From positions 1-64,000 of the forward strand of contig NIVC01003382.1 in the NCBI GenBank assembly GCA_002269645.1: a stretch of 64,000 nt of DNA, read 5' to 3'. Origin of the DNA: Macrostomum lignano (lineage: Eukaryota). Positions within the stretch are counted from its first letter, which is position 1. Each line of letters begins with the position of its first letter. A program made the translations under genes and the position numbers. The notes beneath the pieces were generated by a model. It worked only from the letters and a program-made list of their open reading frames with translations. It was not told the origin of the DNA and ran no database searches. Of this stretch, positions 23,791-35,321 are shown piece by piece.

Positions 23791-25811
23791 GGGTCATTCC
23801 ACGAGAAAAGGACACAATGGGAAAAAAATTAAAACTGATGTAGAAGCACCAACTTTGCTTAAAGTGCTTAGTGAGAGTCTATATTTTATGTTTTTATTGA
23901 ACTTTAATGAAGATATGGCATTTTTGTTCCTTTTTTCTACTCCAAAGTCTATGTAATGCATACATTCTGAATAGGTACGCTGATAGGTATAAAGTTTTAA
24001 GCTTTGCAATTTAATAGTTACTAACTATAGAAGTCGTTTTCTGGCATATAACTAATGTTTCAGTATATGAAAGTAAAAAAAACGTTTTTAGCAGTTTAAA
24101 CATAGCTTGAAAGATAGTATGAAACAGTTTATTGTGATGTAATTCATGTGTTACGACCGGGATATAGAAAGTTGAAAAGTTTTTTTGGTGACTGTCTCTT
24201 TGAAAAAATTAACATCGGGAATGGTTTTCATTTGAAACACATGTATATTGGTGTGATACAGAAGTATTGACACAGTTCGATATGCATTTTGTACTCTATT
24301 TTATGTGTAAAGTTAGGTTACGACCGGGATATCCTGGTCGTAACATGGTCGTAACACAATGATACCATTTGTTTTTTCATGTTGATTTTTATTCCCTCAT
24401 TCAAAATACTGACCGTGTGTTATTTTTCTACACATAATATTAAGTACATGTATAAAGTACATGTGTACAACGCAGAAAACAAAATACTATAAATATATAT
24501 ATATATTTATCTCAATTAAAACAGGTCAAGGGCATCCAGCGTGACCACTTCTGGTGCCTGGACACTGACAGTGAAGTTGCTGTGCGAGCGCCAGTCTCAA
24601 GTGCTCCGCCGCCAAGGCCTTCCTGGGTCCCTGCAGCTGCCAGTACTCCGGTTCCAGCAGGCAGGCTGCTCACTGGCATGAGCCAAGAGTCCGCTGAGGC
24701 TCCAAGTGCCAGTCTTGACCCCATCGCAGCTGAGCTAGCTGTGGGCCGGTGGGTCCTGGTCGACTATGAGGGCGAGGTTTTCCCTGGCCAGGTTGTGAAG
24801 ATCCGGCAGCTGGACGACACTGAGGGGTGTTTGAATACAAAGTGAATGTGATGGTGAAAAGCGGCAACACGAACTACGCCTGGCCAAAGTCCAAGGACTG
24901 TATTTACTACCCACTGGCTGACATCCAGAAGCTGTTGGATCCCCCTGTGCCCTTGGATGCCCGTGGCCACTTCAAATTCAACTTTGAGTGATGGGCAACA
25001 ACAGCAACTGCCACACAATAAACATGGATGCAGAACCTGGAACCCGGATGTTACTTTTCTGGGTTCCAGGTTCCGCATCCATGTTTATTGTGTTCACTTT
25101 ACTGCTTTTACTTTGACGTTTTTGCTGATCTGAAATGGGAAAATTTAATTTGTCAGTGTTATAATAGTGCATGCAAAATCTAGCGTGTTTGGGTACCATC
25201 AAACTCAATGTCACTTTGTAGGTCATAAAAGATGTTGAAAAAATGCTATCGTTGACCTTGAAGTCCAAAACAAGTTTTAATAGTTTTTACCAAATGTTTA
25301 ACTATCATTTCAAACGATCATAAGACATGTACCTTTCAAGAAAAGAACGATATTACTTGACTCACCGCCACTTTGTTGATAATTCCCGAGTGTGACTGCG
25401 GGGAGACAAAAGTGTTACGACCGGGATGTTACGACCGGGATTTTAACAAACTGACTTTAAACTATCAAAAGTACTAAAATAGAAGCGAATCACATTGCTT
25501 ACCTGTTGTTTCATTTCTTTGTAGCATATTTTTGTCACTCGCTTGTGGTTCCAATGAATATGTTGAGTAAACTTTTAGTTTACTTTTTAAAAACGTGATC
25601 TACGTTTTTCACTGGTTACGACCGGGATGTGAATGTTTTGTTAATTATTCTCCTAATAAAACAACAATTTGTGCCAACTGTTTTTGCAAAAGAAAGACCA
25701 TACGAAGTGCTTTCAAGACCACATGTTTTTTGTTTCAAATACTTTCGCCTATTAGAAAAAATATGACCAAATACAGTGACATGTTACGACCGTCCTTATC
25801 TGGAATGACCC
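23791..25811 (+). mobile_element. Non-autonomous DNA transposon with GGGTCATTCCA TIRs (possibly Sola2-like) carrying a transposase C-terminal remnant
   Basis: TATGGGTCATTCCA / TGGAATGACCCATA inverted ends; repeated GTTACGACCGGGA motifs; GC-rich coding piece 24520-24990 (GRWVLVDYEGEVFPGQV...WPKSKDCIYY...PPVP). Superfamily uncertain. Confidence 0.6.
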
Positions 25812-27900
25812 ATACAATTTAATATAAAAAGCCATTAATACAGTGGAAAAAAGAAAGTGCTAATAAAAAGAATTTACATGTTAATTTTTTGTCAGAGAAA
25901 ATATTGACTCATTGGAAACTTTGTACTGATCTTTTGTCTTGCGCTATACTGCGCTAGACTTTTTTCTTGCCTGCTATTGCACCAGAATGCACACGTCCAA
26001 CCCTTTTTTGCACTGGAAATTTCTGTGAAAAAGGCCATCTTCCTGACTAGGCCTGGCTAAGTATCATTAGGCCTCTAAGTCTTAATGTTTGTAAACTATC
26101 TAAATTACAATCCTATATACTAAAAATATATACCAAAAATAGAAATAAATGGTCAAACAAAAATATATTTGCTTATCAATAATCTTTCATATTTATTATT
26201 GAATTAACAATGGACATGGTGAATGGTCCAATCCCTGATTCCCTATGACTATGACCCCATGCTTAGCAAAAGATTGAAAATTAGTCAGAAATTGAAATCA
26301 AACATACAGGTTTCAAAATGCTGAATCTTAAATTATTATGCCTATTCATTTTAATCGATATTGTTATAGCCTAGAGTTAGGCCCTATTATTTAACAATAA
26401 ATAATGGTTTATTGTTGATCGTTGTGTACTTGAAAACTGTTTGCAAAATTGCTTTGTAAAATGTTCTAAGGGTTATGGGACGCACATTGCTCAATAATAG
26501 AATTAAAAAAATATCTTAGACTCGAATTTTGCTCAGTAATACTAACTACTAGGCCTGGCAATAGCAATAGTTTGTACTGTCATATAGATTCGATTGATTT
26601 AATAACTAAAGTGGATGACATGTGTAAACACATCTGAGAAAAATCATTCTACCTACGAAGGTAAACATGTATTTTATAATACTCAATAAATACTAAACAC
26701 GAGAAGATTAAAGATCGTATTATAACAATCTGCCGTTTTGAGGAGGGTCGATCTCGAATTTAGTAGTAAGTAAGTAGTAAGAGAATTTGGCTCAGGCAAT
26801 TAGCCTGTTTGGCCAATATATTATAGAGCTATGTATTTGGAAAAATTATTGAAAAAAATTTAAAAAATTTATTATTTAATAACGGAAATTGAAATCAATT
26901 TAACCTAAAGGTGAATACATAAACAAATATAAAATACACTAAATACATATATGAAAAAATATCTCAGAAGCTGAATAAAATATAGTTCTTTTTTTATTCA
27001 ACTACAAGAAATTCAAACTTCTTGTTATTTTTCACGATTTATTGAATTTTAGTCCTAATATCAATACGAATACATGCAGTTCCTGAACTTAAGAACAGCG
27101 TTTTCTGTTTTGCCTCATTTTTACAGTTGTATGATAAAAATGACATCTAAAATTCATTTCGATTTTGTCAAATGTTGCATATATTTTCGTCAACAGCAAC
27201 GACTGCGAATTACGATTCAAATAAAGTTGTGTCGCAAATTGAAATGCTTAGCGATTGAAATAAAGTAGTTTCTCCGTGTAGTCGAGAATTGTTGTGCGTT
27301 TAATTTTTGCAAATTACTTCATATTTTAGAATTTACTGATCACTACAAAACTTGCGTTACTAGGTCTTAGATTCGCCCAAATGCCTATCAATTTTGATCA
27401 CAAAAACTTTTAAATATATTTTACAAAATAAGCGAATAGACTACATGTAAATAAATGTATACGTTAGTCTGAACTATGGACTGCAAAAATGCTCTTTACA
27501 TTATATTTGTGTATAGTTTAGCAATCAGTGATAATTACTGGCGTACGATGCATAGTCATTGATTAATTTACAAAAAGCACAAGCAAACGTGATAAAACCA
27601 CTTTACATCACATCACATAATGAGAATATGCGATTATTGCATGTACGAAAGATTTCAAGCACTAAATATCCAGACATATATTTAAAAGTACAACATATAC
27701 AATTAATTATATTCAGATGATGATACTGCTACAATACACATTGAGTACGTAATTAATGAAACATTTCTACAAATAGTAATGCATGTACAATTTCACTATG
27801 CATGTTGCATGCATGTTCACACTGAATTAATGACTGTCCCAGGCTTAAAGCGACTTAGTAAAAGTGGAGTACAGGAGGATATCAATGTCCCACAGCGAGT

Positions 27901-28458
27901 TCACTGTTCATTAGCCTTCTCCGTTTCCATGGGAACGTCCTTCAGCTGCGGCTGCTCCCGAGCTGCCGGAGCCTCGAACGGCGCCTCGATGCACAGCCGG
28001 CCATCGTGGCTGAGCTTGCTCACCACCTGGTCCAGCTTGGTGCCGTCGGGCAGCTGGTAGATTCGCTCCAGCCGCTTGTGGACCCGCTGCCCGCCGGCCT
28101 CCTCCTTGTGCTCCGCCTCCACCAGCACGCAGTCGCCCTGCTGTCGCACGCGAATCTCGTCCGGCTTGAACTCGCGCACCGACAGCTCCGCCTTGAACCG
28201 CTTGCTGCCATCGTCCGCCTCCACCAGCTGGCCGGACCCCTCAGACTGCAGGTCGCCTCGCAGCAGGCCGCGCAGCTCGTCCCACACGGAGTCGCCCTGC
28301 GGTTTCTGCTCCTGCTGCTGCTCCTGCTGCTTCAGCTGCTGCTGCTTCTGCTGCTCCTTGAACGGCGCCTGCAGCACCAGCATGCCGTCCCGGGTGAAGC
28401 CGCTGTTCAGCTTCTCTGCGTCCACTTCCTCCGGCAGCTCCACCGTCCGCTTCACCGT
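27901..28458 (-). pseudogene. 5'-truncated copy of the two-domain small HSP; lacks HSE, TATA, ATG and the N-terminal ~88 codons
   Basis: Same C-terminal sequence as 37331-37878. The junction GTTAATAATTT|CGGACGGTGAAG joins the equivalent of position 36816 to about 37331. Confidence 0.85.
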
Positions 28459-29530
28459 CCGAAATTATTAACAATCCATGTGCAATTTTGTGTCACACGA
28501 GCTGTTGAAACCCGCGGATTTTGAACCTGCTGTATTCCGATCCCTGGAACTGTTTTTGCATGCATTCTTAAATCTAAAGTCATACTCAAACAAACACTTG
28601 TAAGTAGTGGGGATAGAGGTAAACAAAAATTGGAGTAAATGTGTATTAAATTAGATTTGCGGCCTTTAAAACTTCTCTCCTCTCCTCACTCTTCTCATCC
28701 ATCTCCACTTTTCTATCACTCTTCTCTTCTTTCTACTCTTTTCCTTCTCCTCTCCTCTCTCTTCTCTCATAATTAATCAATTCTCTCTCCTCTCTTTTTG
28801 GAATTGGAATTGCATGGAAGAGGATGCAGGGTAAAGGTGTAAACAATTTGCAGAGCAGTAAATCATTGTTAGGGATAAGTAGAATGTGCATTTCGTGTTA
28901 GAATTTGCAAGTAGCAGGGCATACGTAAATACATACTTTTACATACGTAAATACATACAGACAACGGAGTGTAAGTTACGATAAATAGGATTTTCTACAT
29001 TGCACGCTATGAATGTTTATTTAATACCGTTTTTTAGTATAGACTCTATCACTATCAAACGGAACAAACTCTATTACTGATAGAGTTTGACTGCGCATTT
29101 TAACTATCAATGAGTTTACTTCTAGGTTTAATAATAATTATTTAATTGAATGACATAACAAATACAGATAGCAGTATATATCGGTGGGTGTTATGCAGTT
29201 CATGTTAATTACTTTCCGAATCCTGACTGGCTTCTCCGACGCATCCGCTTCTTCTGTGTGCTGACTCGCCTCTCCTTCGCCACTGCTATGCTCAAGTCTT
29301 TGTTGCTGTCCATGCCGCTCAGGTCTACTGAATTTAGAAGGCTGTTGTCGAATTCCTCTCGCAGTTTTTCAAGGTCAGTCTGTTTTTCTGTAAGTCGTTT
29401 CTATAGCCGTCCTTTTTTCCTCTTCGACATGGTTCAGTTGTCGCTTCAACATCTGTCTCTCTGTTAGCAGCTTGCCGCTGCTCTCTTGCTTCTTCTGATT
29501 CGTTATCTCTCGCCTGTCTAAGCCGGTGGG

Positions 29531-32500
29531 TCTTGACTTACTTGACTTAGCTGCAGGGCGGTCCGAAGACGCAGCGGGGAGGCGAGCGTCGCCCATTCCG
29601 CTAATTTCTGAAAGACCCGCATAGGCTATGGCGCGGGGCCGGTCAGGGAGGTCTGCCGGTCTTGTCTGCAGCGTTGTCTTCGGTGGGGAAGACGGAGGCT
29701 CGCTTGGTGGCCCGTAGGAACCGGATGAGCCGTGGGATGTTCTCGGGCCGACAAACGTCGTCCAGGGACGGGTTGGGCCCGAGGTGGTTGAGCCGGTCTC
29801 GGTTGAAGGCCGGGCAGTAGCAGACGAAGTGCTTGGCGTCTTCGTTCTCGAGGTTGCAGAAAGGGCAGAGTTCGCTTCGGTGGGCACTTCGGAGGAAACA
29901 GTGCCTGGCAAAGCAACCGTGACCTGTGAAGGCCATAGTGAGAGCGCGGATTTCTTTTCGATTTTGGTTCAAAAGGATTCTCCGCAGCTTGAGGGACGGA
30001 TTGGGCACTGCCGCACGAGATTGGCGGCAGTTGGAGATACCATCCCATCTGCGCAAGTGCACGATGTCCGCCCAGTCGTTAATCTGACGATTAATGACTG
30101 TGGCGGGGATGGGGGCCAGGGGCACGGGGCCAAGGGGCGAGCCGGAACAGCCCGCCTTAGCGAGGGAGTCGGCGAGCTCGTTGCCTTTGAAGCCGGCGTG
30201 TCCTGGGATCCACGTAAGCCGGACGGTGTTCCTCCGAGCCAGCTTGTTGAGCTGCCCGATACAGTCGCGGACTGTTTGGGAGTTCGTAGTGGTGTGACAC
30301 AAGGCCTGTAAAGCGGCCTGGCTGTCAGAGTGAAAGAAGATTCTTCTGTCCTTGAAGTCCCTGCAGTGGAGCTCAGCTGCACAGGAGCTGATGGCAAGGA
30401 CTTCGTTCTGGAAGACGCTGGAGAGTCTGCCAGTGTGTTGGGCGTGAGTAGCGATCACGCGGCCGTTGATAAGGATACAGACTCCAAAGCCGGATAAGCC
30501 GTCTTTAGAGGATCCGTCAGTAAAGCAGTGAACCTCGTGAGGGGCCCAGCTGTCGTTGGCGTTCTCCCTGGAGGGGATAGTGACCTTGAAGCGTTGGTAG
30601 AGACTGAGGGAGCGCGGCTCAGCGTCCGATAGGACAGCCGCACTCCCACTCTCCTCCAGAACTTTAAGGCACAGGTCAGAGTGCGGCAGGAGCTTGCGCT
30701 TCGCCATCGCTCTTTGTGGCTTGAAGCTAACGCCAGCTTCGATGAGCCGGCGGGTCGTTTTAGCAGCCTCGCGACGGACAAAGATGTCCAGAGGCGGAAG
30801 GCAAAGAAAGGCGTTGAGGCCGTCAAAGGGAGCAGAGAGCGGGGCATTCAGGATCATGCGGCACGCACGTCCCTGCACCTTTTTGAGGGCTTCGTGGCAG
30901 GTTTTAATCTGCAAGGCGCTGGTCCAGACCAGGCCGGCGTAAGTAACGGCCGGTCGGACCATTGCAGTATAGATCCACCAGAGCCGCTTCGGGGTGAGGC
31001 CCCAGGTGGTGCCGACGGCTCTGCGCAGCTGCGCAAGAATCGTGAGGGCTTTTTTGGTTTAGGCCTGGACGTGGGTGGACCAGCTCAGCCGATGGCCCAG
31101 CGTCACGCCGAGACACTTGGTTTGCTTGCAGGATGGAATTTCCACCCCGTAAAGCTTTAGTGGGCGAATACGCCAGTTTACCCTGCTGGTGAACATGATC
31201 GCGACAGTTTTGGTCTCGGAGAGCCTGAGGCCGCACCTGTCCGCCCATCGTTCAGCAGAGCGAATGAAGTTTTGCAGAAGATCCCTAAGGGTTTCAGGTG
31301 ACGGTCCGGATGCCACGGCTGTGACATCATCGGCGTAACCGACCTTGAGGATGGGGTCAAGATGGCTGTCCTGGAGGAGCTCATCAATGACCATGTTCCA
31401 GAGAACTGGAGAGAGGACACCGCCCTGGGGGCTGCCTTTGCAGACGGTTACCGTCCGATGGTGGCCCAACAGGTGTGCGGTGGCAGTACGGTGGCTGATC
31501 ATATACATGATCCACCGGGTGAGGTGCGAGTGGGTTCCTCTAGCACGTAGAGCTCTGTCAAAAGCCTCAAAGAGGACATTATCGAAGGCTCCAACAATGT
31601 CGAGGAAGACAGCGAGAGCGTAGCCATTACCAAGAACGGCTTTCTCCAGCATGTCAACCAGAACGTGAAGCGCGCTCTCCGTGGACCTGCCTGCCCGAAA
31701 GGCGTGCTGGTTCTCACTGAGCGGCTTGTTCTTCAGTTCCACAGAGAGGAGGCGCCAGAGCACCAGTCTCTCTAACAGCTTCACCAATGAGGAGGTGAGG
31801 CTAATTGGTCTGAAGGATTTAATGGACCGGTAGTCCGGTCGGCCGGGCTTGGGGATAAAGACCACCTTGGCCTCGGAACAAACGCTCCAGGGTTTCGGAA
31901 CAAAGCCGAGAACAATGCAGGCTTTCAGAAGCCGGCAAAGGTTCCGCAGGAAACCGGTGCATTTCACCGCCTCCCGCAGGAAGGCTGGCACAACGCCGTC
32001 CGGTCCTGGGGATTTGAAGGGTTTGAAGGAGGAGACTGCTTTAGTAACGCGGTCCTCCGTGATGATTGAGTCAGCCAGTACGTGTCCGCCCACTGAGTGA
32101 TCAGGGGGGTCGGGCCTGGCTGGCTCGTTCGGGAAAAACGCTGTTAGCATCGCTTCCAGTGTTTCTCCTGGGTTCTCAGTGAGCGAGCCGTCGGCTCTCT
32201 TGACTGAGGAGAGTTTGGACATTTTGTCCAGGGTGAGGGCTTTAACGATTCTGGAGGTAGGGCGGGAGCCCTCAAGTTCCTCACAGTATTCGCGCCACTT
32301 GTTGGTTTTGGCGTTCCTAACCTGCCTCTTGAACTCGTGGATAGAGTTCAGGTAGGCGGTTTGGTCGGCCGGGTTTTTAGTTTTTTGGGCCCTACGGTGA
32401 AGCCTTTTGGCTCTGCGACGGAGGTCGCCAAGCTGCGGGTTCCACCATGGGGCTGACTGTTTGCCTTTATATGCCTTTAGTGGGCATGAGGCTTCGAAGG

Positions 32501-33001
32501 CAGCAGTGAGCGAGTCCGTAAGTGCGGCCGCAAATTCATCTGCTTCCTCGCAGGTGTTGATGGAGACTGGAGCGCTAGTGCAACGATAGGTCTCCTCCAG
32601 GGCAAGCCTGAAGGCGGTCCAGTCGGTATTCCTAGCATTCCGTTTCCAGTAAAGCTGGCCTGCGTTTCGGGCGCTGGTCAGCGTGAAAGAGATGAACTTG
32701 TGATCGGAGAGGGACGCCTCAGGAAGCACCCGCCACTCCCTAGTGCTCTGGAAGAGCCTGGGCGTGGCGAGGGTGGCATCCAGCACCTCCGATCGGCGTC
32801 CGTTATTGAAGGTAGGGGTACTACCCGAGTTACAGAACTCAAGGGTTGTAGTAGCAATATAAGCCAGGAAGTCTTCACCTCTCTGGTTAATATCAGAACT
32901 GCCCCAGTGGGTGTGGTGGGCGTTGATATCGCCTGCCACAAGCAGCTCATAATTTCTGGTGGAGCAGAGCTCGACCAGTGTGACAAGCTCTACTGGGATG
33001 G
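29531..33001 (-). mobile_element. 5'-truncated non-LTR retrotransposon (APE endonuclease-RT-RNase H; LOA/I-group-like) with 11-bp TSD
   Basis: TSD CCCACCGGCTT (minus strand) at 33002-33012 and 29520-29530. Motifs GDINAHH, SDH, KSPGPDG, GSPQGGVLSP, YADD and RNase H FTDGS...WIPGHAG.GNELAD. ORFs 33032-31059 and 30962-29643 are in the same frame, separated by one TAA. Short (TAAGTCAAG)2 tail at the 3' end. Confidence 0.93.
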
Positions 33002-33129
33002 AAGCCGGTGGGTGCTGCTGATATCCTTCCAAGAGCGGCTTTTTTGGGAGGCATGAAAGCTAGGCTATCAAGAAAGCAGTAAAGCAGTAAAGCAGCTATA
33101 AAGCAGTGGTGAATGGTATTTAATGTTAG

Positions 33130-33420
33130 CACTCTATGTATTAGGTTTTCTTAGCCTCAGCCAGAGGGAAATCGGCCATAGACATAGCTTTTAGTCCCTG
33201 CGAGCAAAAATACATTACTGAGATAGGAAAAAACAGGTTTTTGGCCATTTTCAGCCGTTTCTTTAGTTAGGACCCCCATTTTTTATTAGCCTAAAGCACT
33301 CCCCAAAAAAAACGTGTCTATTAGTCCAAGTCCCATCTTTCTACGGCTTAGGAGTCCATAGCGAATGCACACACAGACACACAAACAGACACATAGTTTC
33401 ATTTTATATATTGAGATGCA
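33130..33420 (+). mobile_element. Possible Helitron/Helentron-like non-autonomous remnant
   Basis: Ends in ACACACAGACACACAAACAGACACAT...TTTCATTTTATATATT, reminiscent of DINE-1-type 3' ends; weak. Confidence 0.3.
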
Positions 33421-34154
33421 GTACAATTACGTTGAATTGCAGGGACAGCTTTTTTGCATGATTTTAAAGAGATCACCCTGTGAAAGAGATGTGAGTTGTT
33501 AATGCAAAGTGATTCCATTCATTTTATAACTGTGCAGGGAAGCCCACATTAATCGTCAAAAATTTTGGTCGACTGCGAAATCGCCTCGAAGGTGACAATT
33601 TGAACAGGAAGGCTTACACAACTCATTTTGAGACGCTGCCATGCAGTGTTAGGCAAGCAAAAGTTAAATATTGTAAAGACAACAAGTTTTATACTCACTC
33701 GCTGGCTCGCATGTCATTGCAGTTGATTTTTAGGAGATAATTATAACCAAAAATACACAGCGTACATGGTGTATTGTTGTGAGCTGCAAAAGCAATTCAG
33801 TTTTCTTACACGAGTGAATAACTTTGACCTTGACGCTTCTCTGCCTCGTTACTACCGGTACAAAATTTCTACAGTCGGTACCGCATGCAGGAGTAGCATT
33901 TTCGCAGGAGTTCAAGTTTCATAGTTCTATAACAGCAGCTTGTCATGCAGCTAGGTGGGCCAGTTGGCATATCGGCAGCCCAGTAGGCAGTCCAACCAGC
34001 ACAGCAAAGGGAATATTGGACCGTACGAGACTTATTGTTAAAAATTAGGACTTCAGTAAACTGGCTGAGCAGCATTCAGCGCCATTCTCAGTTGCAGTTT
34101 TCAGAGCCAAGCAGAAGCAGCGGTGAAAAGCTCAGAGGCTTCTCAACTAACGGC

Positions 34155-34997
34155 TCAGCGCTTCCGCTTGTCCTTCCGCTGCTCGCGCTGCTCCCGCTTG
34201 TTTGACGTCGAGCTGGCCCGCTTCTCCCTGTCCGACCTGCCCCCGCCGTCTCTCTCCGAGGTCCTGTGACGCCCGGAGTTCGACACCCGGTGGCGTCCTT
34301 CGTCCTCGTCTCTGCTGCCGCGGGCGCCGCCTCGATGTCGGCCGTGCTGCTCCTTCGGGCTGTTGGCCTCGCTGGCTGCCCGCTGCGGCTTGATGGACAG
34401 CTTCATCTTGAGGTGGCACTTCTCCGGCAGCTTGTTCTCGGCGCTGAGCTTGTAGATTGCGACTCGAATCTCCTGAGTGGCCCGCTCGATGATGCGCTCG
34501 AGGTACTTGTCCTCCTTGAAGTCGCCGCTGCCGTCGCCGCTGTCCCTGCGCTGCATGGCAACCGAGTGGCTGTTGGACGGCTGCGACTGGCGCCTGTGCC
34601 GGCTGTCCGAGTGCGTCTTGCGCCGGTGCTCCGCCTCGGTGCCGTGCCGGTTGTTCCGGTTGCGGTTCAGCGTCGCGCCGGAGCTGTCGGAGCTGCACGA
34701 GTCCATGACGGCGGAGCGCCTGTCGCCGGACTTCCTCTTGAACTCGTTGTGGTTGTTCTGCTGGCTGGCCGTGCTCCGGAGCAGCGACTTCATGCGGTTC
34801 ACCGCGTCGCCCTTCAGCCGGTCGATGAGCACCTGCCGGCCCCGCTTGCCTGCCGAGTTCGTCGACAATGACGACGGAATGGAGACGGAAGTGTCGTTTG
34901 CGAACAGGCAGACCTGCGAGTCGGACATGGCCATCCACTTGGCCACCTTGTCGATCGTGTGGTTGAGGTTGGCGCAGTTGAACTCAACGGAGACCAT
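34155..34997 (-). CDS. Hypothetical 280-aa basic, Ser/Arg-rich protein
   Basis: Uninterrupted ATG-to-TAA ORF with the GC-rich, C/G-ending codon usage of the recognised exons. Two less-biased segments (N-terminus; YLERIIERATQEIRVAIYKL...). No family recognised. Confidence 0.6.
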   Translation of the reverse strand: MVSVEFNCANLNHTIDKVAKWMAMSDSQVCLFANDTSVSIPSSLSTNSAGKRGRQVLIDRLKGDAVNRMKSLLRSTASQQNNHNEFKRKSGDRRSAVMDSCSSDSSGATLNRNRNNRHGTEAEHRRKTHSDSRHRRQSQPSNSHSVAMQRRDSGDGSGDFKEDKYLERIIERATQEIRVAIYKLSAENKLPEKCHLKMKLSIKPQRAASEANSPKEQHGRHRGGARGSRDEDEGRHRVSNSGRHRTSERDGGGRSDREKRASSTSNKREQREQRKDKRKR

Positions 34998-35321
34998 GGC
35001 TTCTGTGCGCTGCCGGGGCTGATTGTGCTGTATGCAGTGGCAGCGGGATGGAGCGCAGCCTTGGCTTCTGTGCGCTGCCGGGGCTGATTGTGCTGTATGC
35101 AGTGGCAGCGGGATGGAGCGCAGCCTTGGCTTCTGTGCGCTGCCGGGGCTGATTGTGCTGTATGCAGTGGCAGCGGGATGGAGCGCAGCCTTGGCTTCTG
35201 TGCGCTGCCGGGGCTGATTGTGCTGTATGCAGTGGCAGCGGGATGGAGCGCAGCCTTGGCTTCTGTGCGCTGCCAGGGCTGATTGTGCTTTATGCAGTGG
35301 CAGCGGGATGGAGCGCAGCCT
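34998..35321. repeat. 65-bp tandem repeat, 5 copies, directly abutting the ATG of the orphan ORF
   Basis: Unit GGCTTCTGTGCGCTGCCGGGGCTGATTGTGCTGTATGCAGTGGCAGCGGGATGGAGCGCAGCCTT. Confidence 0.95.

Larger units (their letters stand above)
27245..33115 (-). repeat. Arm A of an inverted segmental duplication (partner 35663-38533)
   Basis: The reverse complement matches arm B closely, apart from a LINE insertion, a ~514-bp deletion and small indels. Confidence 0.92.
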
